Assembly: GCF_009914755.1 (NCBI RefSeq) | Contig: NC_060927.1 | DNA length: 64,000 nt | Origin: the human T2T-CHM13v2.0 reference genome, Homo sapiens | Direction: 5' to 3' (one strand) | Part shown: positions 12,920 through 25,470 of the stretch, in pieces | How positions within the stretch are numbered: position 1 is the first letter of the stretch | How the letters are laid out: every line of letters begins with the position of its first letter | Notes under the pieces: model-generated | What the model saw: the letters and a program-made list of their open reading frames with translations, nothing else | Databases searched by the model: none | What the model was told of the DNA's origin: nothing | Translations under genes and position numbers: made by a program

Positions 12920-14984
12920 TAGCCAGCCCATCTTTAAATCATTTTTGACACATTATATTTACATTATAAATCAGTTCTAGTATTTTCTACCTTTCTTATG
13001 ATTTCTTCTGCCATTCACAAGTTACTTTAGAAGTGTGCTTTTTAAATTCCAAAATGTATGAAAGCTGTCAGTCACATTGTTACAGATTTCTAAGTCAATT
13101 GTATTCCGATCAGAAAATACAGTCTGCCTGACAGTGAAGTTATTTGAGTTGCTATTTGAGAGTTGCGAGCCACATGAGGTCAATTTTTGTATATACTAGA
13201 TTAAGTTTATTAATTCTGTTGTTCAAATCTTCTATATCTTTTACTAAATCACTATGTATTTTAGCTATAAGATACTATTAAACTCTCCATTGTAGCTTTA
13301 TCATGTTCTTATAATTCTGAAAATATGTGATTTATATAATTTGAGCCTATGTTATTAGGTATACATAAGTTTAGAATTATTTATTCTTAATTTTTTATCA
13401 TTATATAGTGGCCCTGTAATATGTATTACATACATACATACAAGTATGTTTTTCTTAAAATCTATTTTGGCTAGTTATTTGCCTATTATGGTTTTTTAAT
13501 TACTTTAATTCTTTCACCATCCTTATGTTTTAGGTATGTCTCTTGTAAACAGATAAAGCTGAACTTTGACAATTGACAATGTCTTAAACAAGTTTGGTCC
13601 ATTTACATGTATGGTGATTACTGATAGAGCTGAATTTATTTTTGTCATCTCATTTTGTACTTCTACTTAGCCTACATTTTCTATACAAAATTTTCTCCTC
13701 TCCTGCCTTTTATTGGATTGACTTTTATTTATTCTCTATTTCCCCTCTACTACTTCATAATTATTTTGTTCTTGCTATTTCTTTTTTAAATTTTAAAAAG
13801 GATACTTAAAGTCTAAAACTAATCAATCTCTAGCCTCATCCCAAACAATAAAAAGATCTAAAAATTCTCTAATTATGATTGCCTCTAGTATTTTACATGT
13901 TAAAGCTGGCCAGTGTTTTAGATCCCTCTCAGTTTTATCCTCAAATGCAGTGAGTATTATTATTGTTCTATACAGCTGTTGCCTGTTTAGATTTAGTCAC
14001 ATGCTTACCTACCATTCCTTCTTATTTTTTATACCTCCCTTTTGGAATTTTCTTCCTTAAGTTCTTCTACTTATAGTTCTCTCATCAAAGATCTATTAAT
14101 GGTAATTAGTTTAACATTTTTTGTCTGTAAGTATCTATTTTGCCCTCATTGATGTATTATAATTATCTGGGCAAAGAATTCTAAATAAACATTTAGTATC
14201 TTTTAGCATTTTTATTATGGTAAAATATACATAATATTTAACATTTTAACCATTTTAAGTGCACAATTCAGTGGCATGAAGTACATTTGCAAAGTTGTAT
14301 AACTGCTACCATATCTATTTCCAGAATTTTTCATCATTCCAAACAGAAACTCTGTGCTCATTAAAAAGTAACTTCCCACTTCTTTCTTTCTCCCAATCCC
14401 TGATAACCTCTATATCACTGTCTGTCTCTATGAATTTGCCTGTTGTATTTCATTTCATGTAAGTGGAATAATATAATATTTCTCCTTTTGTGTCTGGTTT
14501 ATTTAACTTAGAATAATTTTTCAAGGTTCATTCATGTTATAGCATGTATTAGAATTTCATTTCTTTTTATTGCTGAATATTTCAATTTAAATATAGCGAG
14601 AGAGGCATATGCATACAAATATAAATATATATAACATTTTATTTATCCATTTATATGTTGATGGACACTTGGATTGTTTCCCAGCATTGTTAAACTCTTA
14701 TCCCGCATTGTTTTCTGGCTTCTATTGTAATGGTTGAGAAGTCTGTTGTCACTCTAATTATTCTTCTTATGTAGATAAAGTCTATTGTCTGTGGTTGCTT
14801 TCATGGTACTTTCCTTTCTTTGATGTTCTGCAATTTCATGTGCCTAAGTGTGAATTTTCCATTTTGTTTATTTTTCTCAAGACTCAAGTTTCCAGAATCA
14901 GAAGAGTCTGGTCTTTCATCAACACTAGAAAAAATTTCACCATTACCTCTTCAAATATTATTTTTCTATAATTCCTTTTATTTT

Positions 14985-15025
<41 letters not shown>

Positions 15026-15270
15026 CTGGAGATGTGTGTGTCTTAGGTTCTCTTTCATGTTTTCTATGTCTTAATTTCTCTGTACTGCAATTCAGTTCAT
15101 CAATATTCTCTTCAGTCCTAATTTGCTGTTTAACCCATTCATTAAGTTTTTAATTTCAATAACTGTAGTGTTATCATTTCCAGAAAGTGTGTTTAGTTCT
15201 GTATTTGTGTTCTGTGTTTTTAATAGTGTTTTATAAATTTCTTATGTTTTATGACCTTTTTTACATCTTT
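12920..15270 (-). mobile_element. Degraded L1ME-type fragment with a nested L1MB 3' end (~14205-14680) and (TC)n at ~14987-15020
   Basis: T-rich antisense L1 motifs (ctgttgttcaaatcttctata, gttgagaagtctgttgtc). The nested piece starts ttattatggtaaaatatacataa...cacaattcagtggcat. Confidence 0.7.
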
Positions 15271-15284
15271 AATCATAATTGTCT

Positions 15285-15830
15285 AGGAATTCGTTCAACA
15301 AACACTTATTGGGAACCTGGAATATACCAGTTACTATGGGCATTGAAAAGTGTATAAGATATTATTTCAAGGAGGTATGAGTTTAGTGAGGGAAAAAACA
15401 CAGTACATAAATTATAACAAAATGTGTAAGGACTAGATAGGTATTTGGCTAGGGTACTACGGGAAAATAGAGAATCTCACTAAACACAGAAAGATCAGAA
15501 AAACCTTCCAAAAGTATATGAGTCCTGGACTAATTCCCAAAGCTTAGGAAAGATTAGTTAGGTGAGCAAATGATGTGAGTAGAAACAGCATGAGCAAAGA
15601 TAAGAAGGTGAATATATGCATCAAGAGTGCCAAGAACCACTCTGGATCATGTGTCTGGATCTTAAAGTTCTGCGGTTGGATGGGGGGATGGGGCTTGAGG
15701 GGTGGGCAGAGGTAAGAAATGGAAAATAGAAGTATGATCATGGGCCAGGTCATGGAAACCCTGGTAAACCCTGGTGAGGAGCTCAGATAGTATCAGATAC
15801 ACAATAGAGAACAAGAGTAAGCAAAAAGTT
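15285..15830 (-). mobile_element. L2 fragment
   Basis: ttcgttcaacaaacacttattg is the reverse complement of the L2 3' terminus. Confidence 0.55.
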
Positions 15831-16241
15831 GCAGAGGAGCATGTGGCCCACTATAACTGAAAAATCCACCAATGGCAAAGAAATGCCAGTATTAGATGAA
15901 GTTGCTGTTGAGTTAGATCATACAGAATGGTCCTGTCTGCTCCAGTAAGTAACATAAATGTGTCAATAGATTAGGGAGCACATACCCTGATTAAAGACAA
16001 ATTAATTATCAAAGATAGATAGATAAATAGATGATAGACAGATACCATCAAGTGGACACCATGCTGGCCAAACAAACCACTCACTGGCTCTGGCCTAGAC
16101 CATTCCCAATTAGTGTGTGTTCAGCAGCGACTGAACTCCAACTGCTGAATTTTCCAGAACTTAACTTCTGTAGTGTCTGTGGTAGTTCTCTGGATACCCA
16201 AATTCAGCCTTGTGTCTAGTGCCATCCTAAAGTGAATATCA

Positions 16242-16517
16242 AGGGAAAGTTGAGGGAAGAGAATGCCATGTGACCTCAGAAACCCAGCTGAAGTTGGGGT
16301 ATAGGGTGAAGAACCCTGCAAGGTTGGCTGTCAGTGGTTCCTGAAGAGTCCGCCCACTCTCCCAAAAGCTTTGGCCAAGAACAGGACACCCTGAGGTATG
16401 GCCTTGTGTGTGCCCTTCAGGGGCCTAGGAATTCTTGGAAGATCTTAGGCACTGGAAATGGCACCATGTCCACTGCTTACTAGACAAAACTGCAGACGCA
16501 GTCTCCCATGTCTGGAG
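16242..16517 (+). repeat. Left arm of a 276-bp inverted duplication
   Basis: Reverse complement of 17030-17305; manual alignment gives 11 mismatches and no indels. Confidence 0.97.
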
Positions 16518-16534
16518 CTTGAAGGAAATCTTAA

Positions 16535-16792
16535 CAAAAGTAGCCAACACTTACTGGTGCTTTCCATGGGCCAGACTCTGTTCTATAAACTTTACATGCA
16601 TTATCTCATTATTTTTTCACAATATTCCAATGGGTTAGGTACTTTTATTATTCCCACTTAACACACAAGAGAACTAGATCACACAAAGGTTAAGTAACTT
16701 ACCCAAGATCACACAAGGAAGTGACTGAACCAAGATTCTAGCCTAAGCAGTCTGGCTCCACAGCCTGTGCTTGTAACCTCTATGCTATACTG
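16535..16792. mobile_element. MIR in the spacer of the inverted repeat
   Basis: tagccaacacttactgg...aaggttaagtaacttacccaagatcacaca...aagcagtctggctcca. Confidence 0.8.
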
Positions 16793-17029
16793 ACTCCCGA
16801 GAGTTTAAAATTGTTACCATGGACACTGCTACAAAGGAAAAGTGGTAACATCTGTCACAGTATTCATTGGTCTTCATCTGTACCATACCAGAAGGTACAT
16901 CTCCCTGTCTACAGAAAAGTTACACCTAAACCCTCTATATTCTGTTGTATGAAACCAAGAGAAGCCAGGCTTATCCTGGCCATGGATTCTCTGGAGAACA
17001 CCCCCAGGGATGTTCATCAGTGGGGATGT

Positions 17030-17305
17030 CTCCAGACATGGGAGACTGTGTCTGCAGTTTTGTCTAGTAAGCAATGGACATGGTGCCATTTCCAGTGCCT
17101 AAGATCTTCCAAGAATTCCTAGACCCCCGAAGGGCACTCACAAAGCCATACCTTAGGGTGTCCTGTTCTTGGCCAAAGCTTTTGGGAGAGTGGGTGGACT
17201 CTTCAGGAACCATTGACAGCCAACCCTGCAGGGTTCTTCACCCTATACCCCAACTTCAGCTGGGTTTCTGAGGTCACATGGCATTCTCTTCCCTCACCTT
17301 TCCCT
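17030..17305 (-). repeat. Right arm of the 276-bp inverted duplication
   Basis: Reverse complement of 16242-16517; bracketed by the direct repeat gttcatcagtgggg (17012-17025, 17311-17324). Confidence 0.97.
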
Positions 17306-17717
17306 CATCAGTTCATCAGTGGGGCTGAACATCCTGGGGAGGTTCTCCAGAGAATCTATGGCCAGGATCACCTTTTCTCCCGCTGCCACTAAGTATGTTC
17401 TCAAAGCTATGGCAATGTCATCATTGATTGGCCTGTGAATATGGAGAGCTATGATGGGCAAAGTACTGTTGAATTCTTATGTTTGACTGATTTTAAAACT
17501 ACAGCACTTCTGATTGAAATCTTGGTTTACTAAGCTTGATGGAGTGACAAAACACCATATCGTATATGAAATTAGAGCTTTCTATTTGTCCTCCCTTCAT
17601 CATCAAGGTGTCCACTTCAAATCACTTCTCTCCACTCTCTTCATTTCTATGACTTCCTCCTTTTTCCCAGCCTCCCTCTTTTCCTTCCATTATTCTCCTC
17701 TTCCATTTTTCCCCCCT

Positions 17718-18134
17718 TGTCTTAGTCAATCGTATTGCTATAAAGGAATACCTGAGCTGGATAATTTATAAAGAAAAGAGTTTCATCTGGCTCACAGTTC
17801 TGCAGGTTGTACAAGAAGCATGGTACCAGCTCTTGCATCTGGTGAGGGCCTCAGGCTGCTTCCACTCATGGCAGAAGGTGAAGGGGAACTGGCCTGTGCA
17901 GATCACATGGCAAGAGAGGAAGCAAGAGAGAGAGAGGGAAGGTGCCAGTTTCTTTTTAACAACCAGCTATCTTAGGGAAAATATACAACAAGAACTCATT
18001 CACTTTCCACCAGGGAGGGCATTAATCTACTCATGAGGGCTCCCCACCATGACCCAAACATTAGCCGCACCTCCCACATTGGGGATCAAATGTCAGCATG
18101 AGGTTTGGAGGAATCAAATATCCAAACCATAGCA
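17718..18134 (-). mobile_element. MST solo LTR (MSTB-like, MaLR)
   Basis: tgtcttagtc...gctataaaggaatacctgag...ttccactcatggcagaaggtgaagggga...atatccaaaccatagca. Confidence 0.88.
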
Positions 18135-18376
18135 CCCACTTTCATATTTTTCCCATGGGGGAGAAAGCCCGCAACATTAGCTGACATGTAGTGAAAAGAG
18201 AATCAAACTTGGAGTAGAACTCCTTAGATTGAAATGTCAACTCTCTAGGCTTCATTTCTTTGTTTATAAGATGACTATAAGAATGTTTTTTCTCAGAATT
18301 CATAAATACTTACTTAATAGCTACAGTGCATTGAGCACTGCACTAGGCATCGGGGATACATCAGCGACCGGTAATA

Positions 18377-18470
18377 CAGATGGTCCCAAACTTATGATGG
18401 TTCCACTTAAGATTTTTTGACTTTAGAATGGTTTATTAGGATAGTCCCATCATAAGTAGAGGAGCGTCTG
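18377..18470. mobile_element. Short Tigger MITE (MER47C-like) with TA target duplication, inserted in L2/MIR debris
   Basis: ta|cagatggtcccaaacttatgatgg...ccatcataagtagaggagcgtctg|ta terminal inverted repeats. Confidence 0.7.
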
Positions 18471-19419
18471 TAATTATATGCCAACAACTGTGAGAGGTGC
18501 TAAGGAAGATCATACACAGTGCGATAACAGCATATAGCACGAGGGTCTGTCCTTCCAAGAGAGGGCTTAGAACTACCACAGTAAAATAAACTGAAGTGTA
18601 TGACAGAACTTTGTAAACTGTAATATAATATAGAAATGTAAAGTATCGTAATTTATATTCTGATCTATTTCTCCTCTCTCTCTTTTCCTCATTTCTTTAC
18701 CTTTCCTTCTTTCATTTTTTGGAACCCCAGGGTCAACTCTAGATTCTCAAACAAGGATTCATAATTACAAGATAATTATATAATCAGAAAAACTCCCAGT
18801 AAATATTCAGGGGGAATGGGATGGAATGTAGGGTATGGAAATAGAGATGAACCTTCAAGGATTCTTTAAATAAAGTTAACCTTTATTCTTTAAATAAAGT
18901 TAGCATCTATTGAGTATCCATGTCTGCCAAATGCAGTGTTAGGCACTGAAGGTACAATGAAGCTTGCATCTGGAAACAGCTGAGCACACGGTACAGTGTG
19001 TAAGTGCTTTGACTGGCGGAGAAGGAAGAGGGCGTGCAGAGCACAGAGGAGGCTTCAAAACCAGCCTGCAGTGTCAGAAGCAGCTTTACAGAGGGCACAA
19101 GGTCCAAGCTGACTCCAGAGAATAAGTAGGTAGGAGTTACCCAGTTGGTCAAACTGAGGGAAATCCATATCACCTCAAAGCAGCAACATAAAAATAGCCA
19201 TGGAGCAGTAAGGACTTTAGAGGAATACAAGGAGAGCATTTCAAATAGTCTAAGGACGAGAGCTTCCTCTCTCTCCTAGAAAAGCCACAGAGGAAGAACA
19301 CAAGATGGCAGTGGTGTTATGGGATTGCATGAAGCAGGGAGGCCTTGATGCATCAGACAAAAACTACAACTCACAATAGAAGTTTGCAAGAAATGGGTAC
19401 TCCCTTGTCCACGGGGGGC

Positions 19420-19930
19420 TTGTGAAATAGAGGACAAAGCAGCAATATGTATCAAAAGCCTAAAAAATGTTCCTGGTCCTTGGCCTAGTAATTCAGTCTC
19501 TAGAAATGTAGCCTAGGTAAAGATTTTCATACAAGGATGTCTAAAATGGCATTATTTTCCAATGGTAAGGGGCTGGAAACAAGTCAAAGTCTAACACTGA
19601 AGTCATAGCTAAATGAACTATGGTACAGTAAAATAGCAGATGGCCAATTGCAATCATGCTCTTGAATAGCATTTAATGATGAAGAAAATACTTGTAATAT
19701 TAAGTACAAAAAATAGGATCTGAAACTACATAGACAGTATAGTTCATATTTTATTTAAAACTTATCTATAGATGTATGTACATGTGTATGTGTATGTAAA
19801 GAAAAAAGACTGGAAGGAAAAATAAAATGTTGGCAGTGGTGGAATTACATGCAGTTTTTATGTTATTCTTTAAGCTTTTTCTAATTTCCAAATTTATAAT
19901 ATTCTAGCCTGAATTTATAATAAACATTAT
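19420..19930 (+). mobile_element. Old L1ME 3' fragment
   Basis: gcaatatgtatcaaaagcc...aaatgaactatggtaca...aaaagactggaaggaaa. Confidence 0.55.
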
Positions 19931-19986
19931 AGAAGAAAATATTAACAGTCTGTCTCTAAGAAATTAGATGAAAGTTGATTTGTTAA

Positions 19987-20320
<334 letters not shown>

Positions 20321-20787
20321 TAGAGAACAAGCTGCTATTTTAGGGATTAGTGATTAAGACACCTGCTGGGGACAGATGTCAGCTTAGCAGAGAATGATAT
20401 GGGGGCTCCCTCCATGTCCCCAGAACAAGAGAACCTCCTATTGCCTTTCTACCTTTTCTGCTCCATGCATATACATTTGAGAATGAGAACTAGCCAAGGC
20501 TTTTGACCTTGATCTTTAACCTGAAGTTTTAACTCTGTTATGCCATTTCTCTGTAACCTAACATTAAGAGGTTTTACAAGTGGGTGGGCAAAGCCAGCCC
20601 ATTAAGCTTGGAAGACACTTCCTAGAGAGCTGGGAGAGGATACTTCACATGAAGGAGAACTTTCCAAAATAAGTACTCAAATCCTTTTGTAAAAGTATCT
20701 CCTCACCATTCATTTTTTTACACCAAATTAATTAACAATTTTTCAGCAAGCACAACCCTGACAGGTAGGTATTTGGAGCCTAGGTCA

Positions 20788-21294
<507 letters not shown>

Positions 21295-23113
21295 TCAGGG
21301 CTTTTTAAAATCCCTTTTGCTTGTCTTTAGCCTTTCTGTTTCCTCCACAAGCTTTGGCTTGTTCTGATTGTTAGCCTTCCTGACACTCTTCTCATGGTAT
21401 GACAGGCCTGGGCCAGCCATCGATTTCCATTGCACCCCATTCCTACAGGATTCTGTTTACCTCACTGTGTAAAAATATAAATACATTTTGTTCCCCAGAT
21501 TTTGCACCTTTGTACATAGATCTCAAAGCTTTTTGCACACTGTGACCCATTTACTGGATGCTTACACCTGAAAATATCTTTGTTTTCATATTTATTTTAT
21601 GCTATAGTGGTTATCCTCCCTGATACTTGGGTTCCTGGTTTTACTAGACCAATTTCTCCCTGCCCCTTCACATTTGGGGTGGAAGCTCTCAATTAGGTAG
21701 GTGTTTCCTGTCAAACAGGTCTTCCCAGATTTAGTGCAAAGCACTCAGTAATCTCTGCCAGAAGTGCTGGTATCAAAAGCCACAATCTAGAAAAACCAAA
21801 GCCTGCTGACACCAGGTGTAGCCAATACTTCAATTTTCGTTCCTCATTATTCTTCACAAGCGGCAACCTTTAAAATGGAGCATGACATATTTATGACCTC
21901 TGTCCACCTCTACCCTTAGCTTTCTGTGTTTTTTATAAGAGCCTCCAAAGACAAGAGATACGGCAGCGTTCTTCTGCCTCCAGGACTCACTGCTTCGTAT
22001 GTAAATCTATAGGTGTGAGTGTTGATCAATACCACTGATATCTCCTGGTAGGTGTTGGCCACATTCTGCTTGCCTGCAGAATGCCTGCTTGCCTCCCGCA
22101 AGACAACTCACCCCACTCCCCGCTTCAGGCCACTTGGCTCCCCAGAAGGGAATTGGTCACCAACTTCCATGACTCACCTCTCCCTCACTGGGTGGGAACA
22201 GCCTTGCTCATTCCTGCCAGTGCCCGCCACTGAGCATGCTCCCTGACTGTTGAGTGTGGAGCGCTGCTGGGCAGGCGCACAAAGACACTGTCCTCGGCCC
22301 AGGCAGAGATGCTTCTCCTCCACCAGCTGCTCTTAATCACTGTTTTACTCGCAAGCTTCTTGAAATTGCCTTAAGCCCCCCTCCCCTCTTAGAAAGGCTT
22401 TCTTTCTGCCTTCCTGCCTGGCATGCATCTCCCCGCTGGCTAGGCACCCCTTCTCCTCTGCAGTGTTGGGGGAGCCCCCATCAAGGCTTGCACCCTCTCT
22501 ACAAGCAGGGGGAACCAATTGCACTCAAAGCACCCAGTGTTCGCTTAGGCAAGAAGCTGAACATGGTGCAGTTTGCAACAATTCTCTAGGCATTTGGTTC
22601 TCCTGGCCCTAGAGTCCTTTGTGGCTCTCCCTGCAAAGAAGCACTTGTTCACCAGTTGGTTCTCTAGAAAGCCTGTTCACAGTTCTTCTAAGAGTATAGC
22701 TCTTAAATCAGCTGAATCAGCATAAATCAGCAACCTCTTACTGTTAATAATAATTCATAAACTCTACTGAGCTCTCAGCTTTAACTGTTTAAGAAGCAAC
22801 AAACATAAAACACACAGGAACACCTTACACTTACAATGGTCATGATTTTCCCCTCACCACTTCCCACCCATGCCCCTTTGCTGGGTCTTTAGAACAGAGA
22901 CTCAGTTGGGCTTTTTCAAGTGCTTCCACCCTCACCTAACCCATGCCTTACTTTTCCTTCCAAGGCCTCAAGTCTGACCTCTATAGCCATGGAATTGTAG
23001 ATACAAAATGAACCTTGGAGACAATCTCATCACTCCCATTTTTTATCTATAGCAGGTACAAATTTTCACAGGCTCAGAGGTGAAAAATGTAACTTTATTA
23101 TAATTGAACTTAG

Positions 23114-23405
<292 letters not shown>

Positions 23406-23778
23406 AGAACTTAGTTCTTAAGTTCTCATTTCTGTTCAATCTTGCCAATGCAGAGTAATTCAGTCCCTTTCAGGTTTTTTCTCTCAGGTCCTTTTGGGTT
23501 AATACTCAACCAGGTCAGGATTCTCCCCCTGTTCTCCTCCTTTTACCCAGAATCTAAGTTCAGGTGGGGGATGTGTGAAGTGCAGCTTATGTTTCATTCT
23601 GGTATTTGACAAAATGGGTGTCATTTGGGCCTACAGCCATTCTCTCACTGTAAGTTTCTGGCAGGACAGCCAGCTTCTCGCTTGGTCCCCAGCACCCGGC
23701 ACCCGTGTTCACAGCTGCTGTCAGCAGGCCTTCAAGGCCTCTACTCACCAAGTTGAATGGGTTGTGTTCTCCTCACCT

Positions 23779-24517
<739 letters not shown>

Positions 24518-24751
24518 CTAGCCACCTTTCAGTACTTTCTCACAGAAGTAGAGGAATCCAGACATCCCTGTCTCCCCCAGGGAGGCAGGCCCTGACACAG
24601 ATCACCCTTCTTGTCCTGTAGGTGAAAGACAAAGCCAGAAAGAAAGCCACCCCATGTATGTGACATCCAAATACACTGTGCCCTCTTCCTCCAGGAAGCA
24701 GGGGCCGAGCCTACACCCCGGAATCCAGTCCTATGAAAAGTCCCTCTTCAC

Positions 24752-24905
24752 GTTTAACAGGTATAGTGTTTCAGTTTGGAATAATGAAAAAGTTCTGGAG
24801 ATGGATAGTGGTGATGGTTGCAAAACAATGTAAATGTACTTAAAGCCATTAAATTATACACTTAGAGCAGTAAATTTTATGTTGTGTACATTTTACCACA
24901 GTTTT
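24752..24905 (+). mobile_element. L1M 3' end fragment
   Basis: aatgaaaaagttctggagatggatagtggtgatggttgc...ttttaccaca. Confidence 0.8.
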
Positions 24906-24999
24906 TGTTTTAAAGATCTGTCTTCATGGAGGGAAAGGAAGTAGGGAGAAGACAAGGACTGCCTTCTTCAATTATGGATTAAAAAGGCAGGATGTTTAA

Positions 25000-25470
25000 A
25001 GCTTGCACTTTGGGAGTCTGTAGTCATTCTTAGGATACATTCATTTCCTCTGCCCTCCGCAGTGCTTTGGCTTCCTCAGTGCTTGGCTGGAGGCAAGAGG
25101 GCTGCAGCTGGTCTGGCCTCACAACTGTGTGCAACAACAGCTGTAAAAGGAGAAAGTCCCGCTGCTGCTAGGAGGACTCCTAGAAATTGATGTCCCTCCC
25201 CAGAAGTCCCAGTAAACCTCTTCTCACACCTCATTGGCTCAAACTGGCTCAAATGCCCATTTATTACTCAATCCTTGACAAAGGGAATGAGCATCCCATA
25301 GGACCAATCAGGCCCAGCTCTGCAAATGAGGGAGGGTCGTCTTCCCTTGAAGCAGTCAGCTGTCAGGGAAAGGTGGAGGAGTGTTGGATGCCTGAATAAA
25401 AGTGGGTCTGTTGGGAAGCAGGGAATGGGGAGATGGATGCACTAGGTAGAAAAGCCAGCATCCAGTGCAT
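25000..25470. mobile_element. MLT1-family LTR remnant
   Basis: tccctcccagaagtcccag...cctcattggctcaaactgg. Confidence 0.5.

Noticed and set aside
16435-17122. Pairs of similar small ORFs on opposite strands (MAPCPLLTRQNCR...)
   Set aside because: A by-product of the inverted duplication; no recognisable protein and similarity ends at the arm boundary.
16242-17305. Long-TIR DNA transposon interpretation
   Set aside because: No outer TSD, no transposase, the spacer is ancient MIR-containing DNA, and the direct repeat flanks only the right arm.
18861-18903. Short tandem duplications (also 3980, 4788, 44036, 54655, 58341)
   Set aside because: Ordinary 9-20 bp slippage duplications; not a CRISPR-like repeat-spacer array.
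21985-22080. Minus-strand exon-like segment (ctgcag|GKQNVANTYQEISV...|gtgagt)
   Set aside because: Poor polypyrimidine tract and no recognisable protein.
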